Shown: in pieces, positions 1-10,923 of the stretch
Position numbering within the stretch: the first letter of the stretch is position 1
How the letters are laid out: every line of letters begins with the position of its first letter
NCBI RefSeq assembly: GCF_964355755.1
Contig: NC_092672.1
Span: 10,912,001 to 10,976,000 of the forward strand
Source of the DNA: Antedon mediterranea
Taxonomy: Eukaryota; Animalia; Echinodermata
DNA: 64,000 nt
Direction of reading: 5' to 3'
Made by a program: the position numbers and the translations under genes
The notes under the pieces: model-generated
Told to the model about the DNA's origin: nothing
The model's database searches: none
What the model saw: the letters and a program-made list of their open reading frames with translations, nothing else

Positions 1-47
1 TGAATGTATTTATTATTAGTTGGATGGTGATGGTTTTTTTTTTTCAG

Positions 48-3000
48 AAAACATTTACTGAAGACATTCCTTGTTCCACGTATAATTTTGCTGTGACTGG
101 AAAATCATTTGCTGTAATCAAAAATCATTTTCAAGACCTTATGCCAAAGGTAGGCATTATTTATTATTAATATGACAGTCTCCGGTAAACACATGACCTT
201 CACCATGCAAGTCCATCATAGTTTTTAACATAATCGTTAAATTTGCATGAAAAATGTCCAAGTGCGAACAAGGATCACATTTACCGCTGGCTGGGGTGAA
301 GTTACATTTGTTAAATTTACCATTTTGCGAACAAGGCTTTAGTTTTACCACCTAACTTGGAATTTTTGGATTGTGGGTTATATACAGGTATTTTGAATTC
401 ATAGATTTATATTTTCTGCTGTTTTTTAATAAAGATAGTGCAAAGAGGAACTGTGTTTGCAAGGATGTCTCCTGACCAAAAAGTTCAACTAGTAGAAGAA
501 TTGCAAGCATTAGGGTAATTATAGCTGCTTTTAATGTTTTTGAAAACACTGGTAAACTAAAAATAATACCCCCATATTTGTACTTTTTGGGTTCAACATT
601 TGAATAATTTCTGACCTTGGTCCATGAATTCAAATAAAAAAGGGAGGTGTCGGGATAATTCCAAAAGGCGAGGGAGGGGTAGTAAAAAGAGTAATAACTT
701 CAAAGTGACAAACTGTTGCCTGTGATTCATAAAATTCATTGTGCGTACAGCACGTCTAATGGTAAAACATTATGAACACTTATTGAGTACCAGACTTACA
801 GTAAAACAAAACTATCACTTTTTATATTTTGATTCATGCAGATACAGTGTTGGGATGTGCGGTGATGGAGCCAATGATTGTGGTGCCCTCAAGGCTGCAC
901 ACGCTGGCATCTCATTGTCTGAAGCCGAGGCATCAGTAGCCTCGCCTTTCACGTCACAGATTGCAAATATATCATGTGTACCAAAGTTAATCAGGTACTG
1001 TAATAGACTTTATACCGTTGCGATTATATCCTGTTTGAAAAATAAATATGCGTTTACAAATTCTGTTATTAATATACTACTTGTATCGGCATTAGCGTTG
1101 TATAAATGTGTGTACAAATACCAGGATTGTCCTGGTGCTGCCACAGTATTATCTGATCATGGTAGTCATTGTGAGGTGTTTGCCGTGGGTCAGTATTTTA
1201 CTATTTATTTATTTATTTATTTATTTTTTAACTTCACAGTTAAACTGAGGACCATTTTAATGAAAAAATATATTACCTAAAGACAGAAATATGTTTTGTT
1301 TGTTTGTTTGTTTTATCTTTATACTGGGTGACCTCTTCAGTCAAAGACTGATCTCCCAGAGGGCCCAGTTGGTGATCAGTGGCTGTGATGTACTAATACA
1401 CCGGGGTAACCCCCTACTCATCTCGAAAGATGTACTAGATTCTTTAAAGTGCACACGAGCAAGTTGTGTACACTGGACCTACGGTTTATAGTCCTTATCC
1501 GAGAAGACTCGTTCTACCACCAGAACCATGGAGTGAGTGAGCCTCGAACCCCTGCCAATGTTATGGCTACGTGATTACGGTTCCACTGTCTTAACCGCTC
1601 GGCCACTCACTCACTATGTTGACGGCTTGCAATTTGTTCTGCTTTAAAATCTGATCTAATATCTATAGTAGTAATAGCTACCTTGTCTTGACAAGTTAGT
1701 GAAACAGTGTGGTGATGTGAGATTCCATTTTTGGGCTTTTTTCTGGTTTATTTTACATCAACTTTTTTCATTTTTACATTTGTGGTAAACAGTGCATAGG
1801 GACTATTTGTATTTTGCACTATATAAATTTAAAACCATTATATGATTCTTATTTGTAATAATTATATTTTTCAGAGAAGGCAGAGCAAGTCTTGTCACCT
1901 CTTTTGGAGTATTCAAGTATATGGCCCTCTACAGTTTAATACAATATATCTCAGTCACTATACTATATTGGGTAAGTTTACTGTTATTGTGCTAACTTTT
2001 ATCTACGCCTTACCCTCCTCGGTGTTGGCCCAAGTTTGTGTGTACATATATCACAGCATTCAAATTTAGTGGTTTGATGTGTTGTTTTACATTTAAATTA
2101 GTTCAAATATGGGATTGACTTGTACAGTACCGCAATGTGGGCTTGTATCTCAGGCTGGGTGTATTTCCCAGGCTGGGCTTGTTAGATAAAAAAACAGGTT
2201 GAGCGGTTAAAGGCAGGGTTGCTGCAAACCATAGCTATACAATCGGCACAGATTCAATGCACACCTTGATAATTCTTCTGGTGGTAGAACAATTATTCTC
2301 AAGGACTTAAAACTCAAGATTCAGTGTACATATCTGGCTTGTGTGCACTTTAAAAAACACAGTAAATCTTTTGGAAGAGTATGGGGTTACCACGGTGTAC
2401 TGGTCTATTCAGCCCCTGTCATTGTGAAAAGACTAACAGGTGCCATTTGGTGCCAGCACCTTACATTGAGGGAGGGACCCTTACGAGAGTAGAAAGTTGT
2501 GTGTAATTCAGCCCAGTAGGTTTGCAGGTTATTCCCCATTTACATTTCTTTAAAATATCCTATGGTAACAAAGGTCGTGTTTATACAACACTCTAAATTT
2601 GAACACGGCTTTAATTTTTAGCGTGTTGTTCGGACCGAGGTCAACCCACATTAACGTTTGCTGTTATACTAGAAATCACGATACCGTGTTATACCGGAAG
2701 TTTCATCAACACGCAGTGCATGCTAGGATAAAAGGTCAAATCGTTGATCGCGCTTGAATTGGCTGAGTTGTCAACAATCATCGTCGCCTCCTCGCTGTCC
2801 GATGTATTCGCGCGGTTTTTACCATTTTCATTATATTGTATTTGTTCACGTTTGCATTGTTGTTTATTTTGTTCTCGGTTCATTTAAATTAATAAAAGTT
2901 ATTTTAAGGGTTTCATTGTTTCATCTATACACTATGGAAGAAGATGCCATTTTTGCGATGTTATTTTTTTTATTCTGTTTGGAGTGGGAAACGATAGAGG

Positions 3001-6000
3001 CCTACTACCACTACGAGTTGGCCCCACTAGGCTAGGCGTAAGACGTGGTAGGAGGATGATTGCTGGCAGCGAAGCAGCAATAAATGGGCCCAATCTTGTT
3101 AGCAATGATTGATATTACGACCTGTTTTAACGAGAGGTCAAAATATACCCTGAGGACACTTCCAACACGGTAACGGCGACCGGGAATCCACCAAATTTTA
3201 GGATTCAGCCAAGTAGCCTTTTTTGCAATTAAAATCTCATTACACGGAATCTCTTTGTTGTTATACAACACACTTTTCGTAGGCGTGTAGAATATGCGTG
3301 TAATAGCGTGTTGTATAAACGCGCCCTTAGTGTCAAACAGGCCATAGTCTGTATATTCTCTATGCTTTTTAACAAAAATGGGTGTTGTAGTAGAATTATT
3401 GTACAATATCATCTTATACAAGAGTTTACCAGAAAAACAATGCTTACTGGTATTCTCTTTTTTTTTTTAAACATTGAATGACCATTTTGTAACCTGTCTC
3501 GTGTTTATCTTTTTTTTTTACAGATTAATTCTAATCTGAGTGATAAGCAATTTCTTTATGCAGATTTGGCTATTACCACAACTGTTGCAATATTAAGTAA
3601 TTATTTCAAAAGATTTTTTCAAGGTTCATTTATTGTTCAGAATGGTTTTTAGGGAGGCGTTTTTTCGAGTGAGGCATTTATTCTGGGAGGTGTTTATTTT
3701 TTGGTTTAAATTTAACATGCAAACTAAAATAAATATGCCCTAAATATTAATTAATTAAAACAAATAGAAATGTATTATCCAAAATTGTGTAAATAATGCC
3801 TGTGGCGGGCTTTTACTTGAGGAAATAAATAAACCCCAGATTTTATTCTAAATGAATCTATGGGAGGTATTTATTTGATGTGGCGTTTATTCAAAGCGTG
3901 CTGTTTATTTAGATTTACGTTTGTCCTCTTGTTGTGTTTGTGTTGTCCTGTAGCGTAATTGTGTATTTAATATATATAATATTATTTCTACTACTTTAAT
4001 TAATATTTAATTATTGTTTATTGTATTGATACATTTATTAGTGTATTTTGTTCTGGTGAAACCAGGCTTAAAGCTCTATATTGAGCTTATTTGGTCTTTT
4101 CCAGGCTTTGCATTTTTTATTTAATACTTTGAATTATTTTGTAAAACTATTAAGTTTGATGCATTGTGAAATAAAAACGAACGAACGAACGAATTTAGAT
4201 TTGTTTTGGTTTGCAAAATCGAAAGCTTGATAATTCGTCTTTGAGATGTCTGTTCAAAATTAGTGTCTTTATGTAAAGTGAGTCAATATGTTGGTTTATA
4301 TTCTGCTGTTTGCATGGGTGTGTGTGAACAGGCAGTCTAATTAGACAGTGGAAATTTGTACAAATGGAATGTACTATTTTTTATAGCACTTTTCATCAGC
4401 CTTTGGTGAGGCTACAGTAGTATAACAAGCCTACCTTTTCAAATATAATAGCTATTATAACGGTTTATGTATTATTTATCATTAACAGAATAAATACTGT
4501 ATATAATTTCTCATCTATTTCGTTTTTTAGTGAGCTATAATGGTCCTTACCAAGGCCTGGTAAAAAAGCGCCCTCCTGGTAGTCTCTTGTCTCCAGTCAT
4601 TCTAATCTCAATCATCATTCAGATCTTCATACAAGCCACATGCCAAGCAACAGCGTATGGCCTGCTATTTACACAAAGCTGGTGAGTATTCTATATAGCT
4701 GTCATATAATTTTATGCAAATTATAAATTTATGCAAATTTATTTTTTATGTTTATTATTTATACATAGTTATACCAACCTGAGAGATTTTAAATGCGTGA
4801 CAGGCTACACTGTGTCGTGTCAGTCCACCGTATGATTTTACATTTGTTAATCGCAATCGTGACTATCGGCCCATCCTTCATCATAGTGAACAACAATGGA
4901 AACATTTATTGTAATTTTTCCATATTACATATTTTTTTTGATATGTTTATTAATTTTTAAATTAATTTTTCTTTTAAATAATTTGAATGGTAATAAAAAA
5001 TGATCATGCATATACTTATGCTAAATGCGTGACAAATATCTGGTCACGCCCGTGTTTGTTCAAAATGCATGTTTCATTAATAATCTCTTTGAAATATGAG
5101 ACCGTCCCGCACGATGCAAGACTTTATATAAGAACTAGGAAAATGCCTATTTTGATAAGATCATGACACCAATACAAGGAGGCAATTTCCATTTTTCTGA
5201 ATTTCTTCAAATATGCACGATATTATATGTTAATGTCATGGTTATTTTATGTGATAGTTTTTATTTAAATTTACCAGATGTACAATTATTAATATCATTG
5301 TGTTTATCTATTTTTTATATATTTTGTTAAATTGTTCATTTCAATGTTTTTAATTTCAATTCAATTTATTGAGTATATCATTTTGATCTTTGCAGGTTTA
5401 CTCCTTTACAGCCTAGTGAAGATGTCAACGATAATTTAAAGTGTGCAGAAAATTCTGCAGTGTTTTTAACATCTTGCTATCAGTATTTCTTTGTAGCTGC
5501 TGCCTTTTCTAAAGGACCACCCTACAGAACTCCTCTTCATAGTAACAGTAGGTTAACAAAATTAATTATTATTGATTGTTGATTGTATACTTGGTATTTC
5601 ATTGATTAATCACGCGTTACTTGGAATTAGCCCTACCTAACGCAAAAGTGGTATATAACAGTGATAATTAATGCTCTCTAATGCACGTTCAGATTTCTGT
5701 AAAAGAATTTTTGCCATGTGGCGTTTTTGACTGATCGTGTTCAAAATGGTTGTTGTGCATGCCGTCTACAACTGTGCTACTCCACGTTTAAAGTTGGAGC
5801 ATTGTCTTTTTAGTGGCCTAGCTTCCTGGCTTAGCATTCATCAATGATTTACCACATAATAAATTGAATTAAATTAAGTAGGTGTGTTACAAAACAACAA
5901 TGAATGGATTGTTTTTTATTCGTTGAATGGAGAGAATATTTCATTCAATGATGAAAAATTGACTGCTCTATTTTCAACTCGGCTCTGCCTCGTTAAAAAT

Positions 6001-7347
6001 AGAGAAGTTAATTCTTCAATTCATGAAATGTTCTCACCATCCAACTCAAAACATTCATTATTTGTATACTACTGATTATGAATAATCTTTTGGTATTGGC
6101 TATCTGTTGTTCCAAATATATATAACACTAGTGTAATATAAAAACTATACTTGCGAACTTTTTACAATGCCTGAAATTGTTTATATTGCTTCTATGGGTT
6201 TCTGTATATTAAATGTTTTAGCACCCTCTATTGTTTGGTCACAAGCAGCGCAGACGTAAGTGGGTTAACAGACATGAAACTGCTTCGTGAACTAGTGCCT
6301 CAACTGCTATGTCATTGACTCAAATTTGTTTATTTATTTTTTATTTTTGCAGTGTTCTTCTTGCTATCATTGGTTGCAATGTTTTGTTTTACAACTTTTA
6401 TGTTGTTTTGGAGGAAGGAGATTGTTCTGCTATCAAGCTTCTTTTTACTTGAACAACTTGCGCCAGAACACTTTACCTTCTGCCTGATGTTGTTTATGCT
6501 GATCATTGTAAATGCCATTGCAACATTTTCTGTTGAGGTAAGACAGATTTTATTTACAGTATATTATTGTGAAAAAAAGAACCATATTTTATCTACAGAA
6601 AATAGAAGATATGTTATACCATGGTTTATACCATCCAGCTGCCTTTGAGTTTTTAGTCTGTATCAGAAACGAGATCGAAACAGGACAAGACAAGAAATGT
6701 TTTTTTTATCTAGGCTTGATTTCAGTAGATGATTTCAGTCATTCAGGGTATAAGAATTATGTCGGGTGAAGGCCTAGCATCGAATACTGCTGGTTGTTTG
6801 TAATGGTAAAGCTTAGTCCCCACCAGGACGCAACACAAAGCGTGGATGCAACGTATCCACACAAAGTGCAGTAAGAACATAACATTGGGTGTAAAAAGTG
6901 GGAATCGACGACGCAAACATGGTGTCGTAGACGTACATTCAACACGGTTTTCTGTTTTGCATACGTTGCAGCAGTGATGATTCAACGTCTCGTAAGAGAG
7001 TGGGAGGATGCGAAATTGATAGAAGAGTAGACATTCCACCTTATACATGCTACTTTAATTCATGTCAACAGTTGTATTTCCATTAATTTGTTTGTGATTT
7101 TTTCTATTTTTTACTTTCAGTGTGTTGTATATTCCTTTAATCATATTAATGCTATGTCACCTTTACTTCTTTTCAGTGCATCATTGGTAAAGAAAGCTTC
7201 AAAACATTCATTAGGTCTTTACGTAGAAAAACAAAATCGAAGAATATTTACAAGCTGATTGAAAAAGAGATCAGAGAAGACAAGAACTGGCCACCAATTA
7301 AAAAGGTTACTAACACATGCAATAACGGTGAAACAGCAAACGCATGA
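48..7347 (+). CDS. ATP13A3: P5B-type ATPase (ATP13A3/ATP13A2-like polyamine transporter), 3' portion, 9 exons; the 5' part lies outside the window
   Basis: Exons 48-149, 435-514, 842-994, 1875-1971, 3524-3596, 4531-4681, 5396-5547, 6353-6537 and 7177-7347 (TGA), all GT-AG with compatible phases. Motifs: [89 protein letters not shown] and C-terminal WPP. The paralog assignment within P5B is tentative. Confidence 0.93.
1294..1614 (-). mobile_element. tRNA-derived SINE with Deu/Nin-like central domain, near full length
   Basis: The minus strand reads A-box TGGCCGAGCGG, B-box GGTTCGAG, then GTCTTCTCGGATAAGGACTATAAACCGTAGGTCC...TTTCGAGATGAGTAGGGGGTTACCCCGGTGT (resembles the DeuSINE core as I recall it), then an (AAAC)n tail. 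Two further copies are in the window. Confidence 0.8.
2197..2420 (+). mobile_element. Older, diverged copy of the same Deu-like SINE
   Basis: GAGCGGTTAA, TTCTGGTGGTAGAAC, CAGTGTACA...GTGTGCACTTTAAA and GGGGTTACCACGGTGTA are collinear with the reverse complement of 1294-1614. Confidence 0.7.
2560..3347. mobile_element. Probable non-autonomous DNA transposon (~790 bp) with imperfect terminal inverted repeats
   Basis: Left end CTATGG...AAGGTCGTGTTTATACAACACTCT; right end (reverse complement) CTATGG...AAGGGCGCGTTTATACAACACGCT. The interior is CpG-richer than the flanking intron. Confidence 0.55.
3650..3920. repeat. Degenerate MITE-like relic with repeated GG(C/T)GTTTATT motifs
   Basis: Several GGGAGGCGTT, GGTGTTTATT and GGCGTTTATT units. 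Termini not resolved. Confidence 0.35.
6808..6990. mobile_element. Degenerate fragment of the AAGCTTGGTTCCCACTAG MITE family
   Basis: AAAGCTTAGTCCCCACCAGGACGCAAC matches the terminal sequence of the elements at 9452 and 9679. Confidence 0.45.
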
Positions 7348-7666
7348 CATTTATTTTGCAATTTAAACACAAGATTTTGATTGGTGTGATCTTTTCAGTC
7401 ACCTAAAAAATTGTTTATAATGCATCAATTGATAATCTACTGGGCTAAAATAGAGGGTGCTATAGAAAATTCACTCATGCATGCAATTTATAAGTAAAAT
7501 TATTTTGAGGCCTGTTATTGCCTGTTTTTCTGATACTAGATAAAATATTTTACCACCAGTTAAAAAAAAAACTGTTGTTAATGACAAAAAAAGATAGTCT
7601 ACAGTTGCAACAACTGTGTTTGTATTCTTACCATGACCTTTGACCCAATCCAGTTTTTTGTTAATA

Positions 7667-7906
7667 CAGTCAACTCTCCCAATACCGGACAACTATGGAT
7701 TGTCCTAATATTTCTTCTTTTTTTTCATATCTTTTATACATACAAAAGAGAAAAAAACATTATTTGAACAATATTTCTGGCTTTCTGGAAATTCTGGTAT
7801 TTGGAATTAATTTTGTAATGGTAACAATGAATTTGGAACTTTTTGGCCCTGGTTTTGGGAGAGTTTCCGTATTCAGAGAGTCTGTTATTAACTTTGGAGT
7901 TGACTG
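7667..7906. mobile_element. Tc1/mariner(pogo)-type MITE downstream of the ATP13A stop codon
   Basis: TA|CAGTCAACTC...GAGTTGACTG|TA: terminal inverted repeats with a TA target duplication. Confidence 0.75.
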
Positions 7907-8581
7907 TAGGTAATAATATAGAAAATAATGTCAGGGTGTGGTTGGGAGTGAAACTAGGTCTTCTTTGGAGTTCTCTACTAAGTAATTCCAGTTTAAGTTA
8001 TTATGCTTAAATGCTTTCCCCAATAGAGGCACTAGAGCTGCAATTATTGTCTTCCGCTGCATTGTCTGTTAAGTATTTTACCAAGATAGAATAATACCAA
8101 AACAGATTTGAATTTTTATATTTATATCAAATAGCAGAACCTCAATTAAAGGGATGATTATGAGGAAAATGAAATATTTATTTTGTACAGGAATAAAGGT
8201 CACCCATGTGACAGAGTCTATTTTACAATAGTTATATTATTATTAAAATGTACTGTATAGTATATACAACATTACAACACTAGTAAAGGTATGTTAAGGT
8301 TTACAGTTTAAAGTGAGCACAAAAGGTAATTGGTCATCACTAGGCTAGCATTACTCCTGTGAGTATGATAACCAGATTTCCTTTTTGGAAAACACATGGT
8401 GTACCGTCTGTATATGTTCTACTGTACTTTACTCATCATGTTGATGTTATATGAATCATAAAACAGAACTTCCGTTTCAAACTTCTTAATACAAGAGTGT
8501 AAATTATATAATAGTGTATTATGTATGTACAGATTTGTACTTAAGTATGAAATAGATCTAAATAGATATATTTGATATATA

Positions 8582-8918
8582 TTTATTTATTATTTATTTT
8601 TTCATTTTACCTTATTTATAGAGGGTGACCCTAAACAGTGTATGCTGACAATCAAGGGCCCTCTTGATCAGTTATGATAAGTGTCGTGTGCGAGACAGTG
8701 CGTATACTAGTACATCGGAGTAACCTCCAGTCGTCTCGAAAGATGTACTAGGTTCTTTAAAGTGCACATGAGCAAGATGTGCACACTGGACCTACGGTTT
8801 ATAGTCCTTATCCGAAGAAGACCAGAGCCATGGAGCGAGTGAGGCTCGAACCCTTGCCGGGTGTTAATATGGCAGGGTATTACGGTCCCACTGTCTAACC
8901 GATTGGTCACTCACTCAC
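8582..8918 (-). mobile_element. Deu-like tRNA SINE copy with a partly different 3' region
   Basis: Near-identical to 1400-1614 across the head and core (TCTCGAAAGATGTACTAG, ACACTGGACCTACGGTTTATAGTCCTTATCCGA, CTCGAACCC, CACTCACTCAC). Ends in an (AAAT)n-like tail. Confidence 0.8.
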
Positions 8919-8990
8919 ATACTTACTTATTGTATTTAGAGTTATACTAAAAGAAAGCTCCCCACCAAACTCATATAAACTGTACCATTA

Positions 8991-9040
8991 AGGCCAATTT
9001 ACACAGACGAGCGGTAACGGTAAGCGGAAAACCCACCCTA
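8991..9040. mobile_element. Solitary terminal fragment of the AGGCCAATTTACACAGA MITE family
   Basis: AGGCCAATTTACACAGA is identical to the left terminus of the element at 14523. Confidence 0.55.
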
Positions 9041-9451
9041 TTACTTAAATATTCCCAGTTTCCTAGACTTTCTACTTTCTCACTCCTCTCCTGTGAGGAC
9101 GATCAAAGTATATTGATTGACAAATGGAAAAACTCTCAACAGTTCTTTTCAGAACTAAATATACGTGGTGTACCGCAAACTACCCATCAATAGTATTTTG
9201 TACTTTTCCTTTTATATTATTTATCTAACTATAAATAGAACTTTCTATTTATTTTTCAACCGCTTTTGTTTATTATTGTGTAGTAATTATTTGATATTAT
9301 CGGTCAATCAATTTGTTGATTAAATTGATTATAGTATTGTTATTATAATTAATACCCACCCAAAAAGTATTTATCTAATATTTTGTTAATAAAATTGAAC
9401 TGAATATTTTACGTAATGTTCTGTCTGGTTACTCTACACTGTTCAAATGTA

Positions 9452-9998
9452 AAGCTTGGTTCCCAATAGCGACGCAACGCAACCGACGCAACATAAGGAA
9501 ATTCCCTTCCAATAATTGTGTTTGCCCCCGCGCCGCGCCTCCGTGAAATCAAACTTGATTGTTGCGCGTCAACGTTAGTTGCCGTAGACTTTGACCTGGT
9601 TCACCCCATCACAGTGTTCTTTTGCCTTGCGGGTTGTTTCGTGAAATCAAACTGATTTGATTTCCCGTAGCGATGTTAAAGCGTGGTTCCCACTAGCGAC
9701 GCAACACAAGAGCGTAACGCAACGCACTGTGAATTGACCAATCACAAGCGATGGCTTATTCGCTTGTGATTGCTAACTGTCTATAACTTCGCTTGTCATT
9801 GGTTAAAACGCTTGCGTTGCGTTTACGTCCGTGCGTTACGTTCTAGTGGGAACTAGGCTTTACAGCACTGTTGCGTCGTTGGTTCCCACTTGTGATTACG
9901 CAATACAGCACTTTGCGTCGCGTCGATACATCGCTGCGTTGCGTTCTAGTGGGAACCACGCTTTACGTTGCGTTGCGTTCTAGTGGGAACCACGCTTT
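9452..9998. mobile_element. Nested MITEs (PIF/Harbinger-like termini): outer element 9452-9964, inner element 9679-9860, plus a duplicated right end 9966-9998
   Basis: Termini AAGC(T/G)TGGTTCCCA(A/C)TAGCGACGCAAC and CGTTCTAGTGGGAAC(C/T)A(C/G)GCTT, flanked by TA/TWA. The sibling at 24821-25033 lacks the inner insert. Confidence 0.8.
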
Positions 9999-10711
9999 AG
10001 AATACGTGCCAATGTTTCGTTTTACGACATCCGATCACTAGCTATATATTATTTAACAGTTTACCGAAAATATGCATTAATTTAATATAATTACCATGTA
10101 CCATCGAGTAAAAAAAGTATAACGCGCGATATACCGAATTTTGCCATACGTAAATTTAGAAGCTAAATCAACTACAGAAGGAAAACTGATTCATCATAAT
10201 CGACATTCTCAAAATAATCATGTATTTAATACACCATATAGGCCCTGCTTTATAATTTAATAGAGCATTTTAAACTTTATTTTACGTTACACTAAATGTT
10301 TAGGCCTACTTATTAAACAGATCGTTAAAAAAACACTAAGCCTATATTTTAATGAAGAAGGAACAATAATTAAAACTGATACGTCAAAACGTCGAACGGC
10401 ATTTTTTGTAAGAAATATTTCTTGATTATTTCTTGTTGGCTCATGACAAAGAAATTTTCTCCTGTTTATAGTTTAAATTTAACTAATAATGAATGATGTT
10501 TGGACGTGGAAGATGACAGAATACGGAATAAAATAAATATTTTATTTTTAAATAATATAGTGTTTTGTTATTATTCATCAACCACATATTAATATTTAAA
10601 TGTTTCCAAAATATGGAGATATGTAAATCTTAGTAATATTTATAGCAAGGGTATCAAACAATATTACTAACCATGACTTAGTGAATCGACTTTACTAAGC
10701 TCACTTTATAC

Positions 10712-10750
10712 CATGGAGAAATAAGTTAGCTAACTAATTATTTCTCCATG
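10712..10750. mobile_element. 39-bp palindrome with P-element-like ends (footprint or mini-element)
   Basis: CATGGAGAAATAA...TTATTTCTCCATG with 13-bp arms; same ends as the copy at 47344. The target duplication is degenerate. Confidence 0.5.
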
Positions 10751-10789
10751 ATCGTACTCAGAAAGTTGATTGTACTGTAATTCTTTTTG

Positions 10790-10923
10790 TGATAGCGCCA
10801 CCAGTTGTCCTTTTTTAATCACCTCGTGTAAATCAAAGCGTGCATCGCTTTCCTTCGTCCTTTAAAATCGAACCTTCGCTTGTGCAAGACGTACATTTAG
10901 ATCGCTGCAGATAAATTTACGAC
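10790..10923 (+). promoter_or_regulatory. Nucleolin promoter and 5'UTR with a TCT/5'TOP-like pyrimidine tract
   Basis: CpG-rich segment. CTTTCCTTCGTCCTTT lies at ~10847-10863, 60-77 nt before the ATG at 10924. Ribosome-biogenesis and snoRNA host genes commonly start in such tracts. Confidence 0.55.

Noticed and set aside
7121-7258. Alternative acceptor at 7120 giving a different ATP13A C-terminus
   Set aside because: It adds 56 nt, shifts the frame and loses the conserved WPP tail. There is no support beyond the AG.
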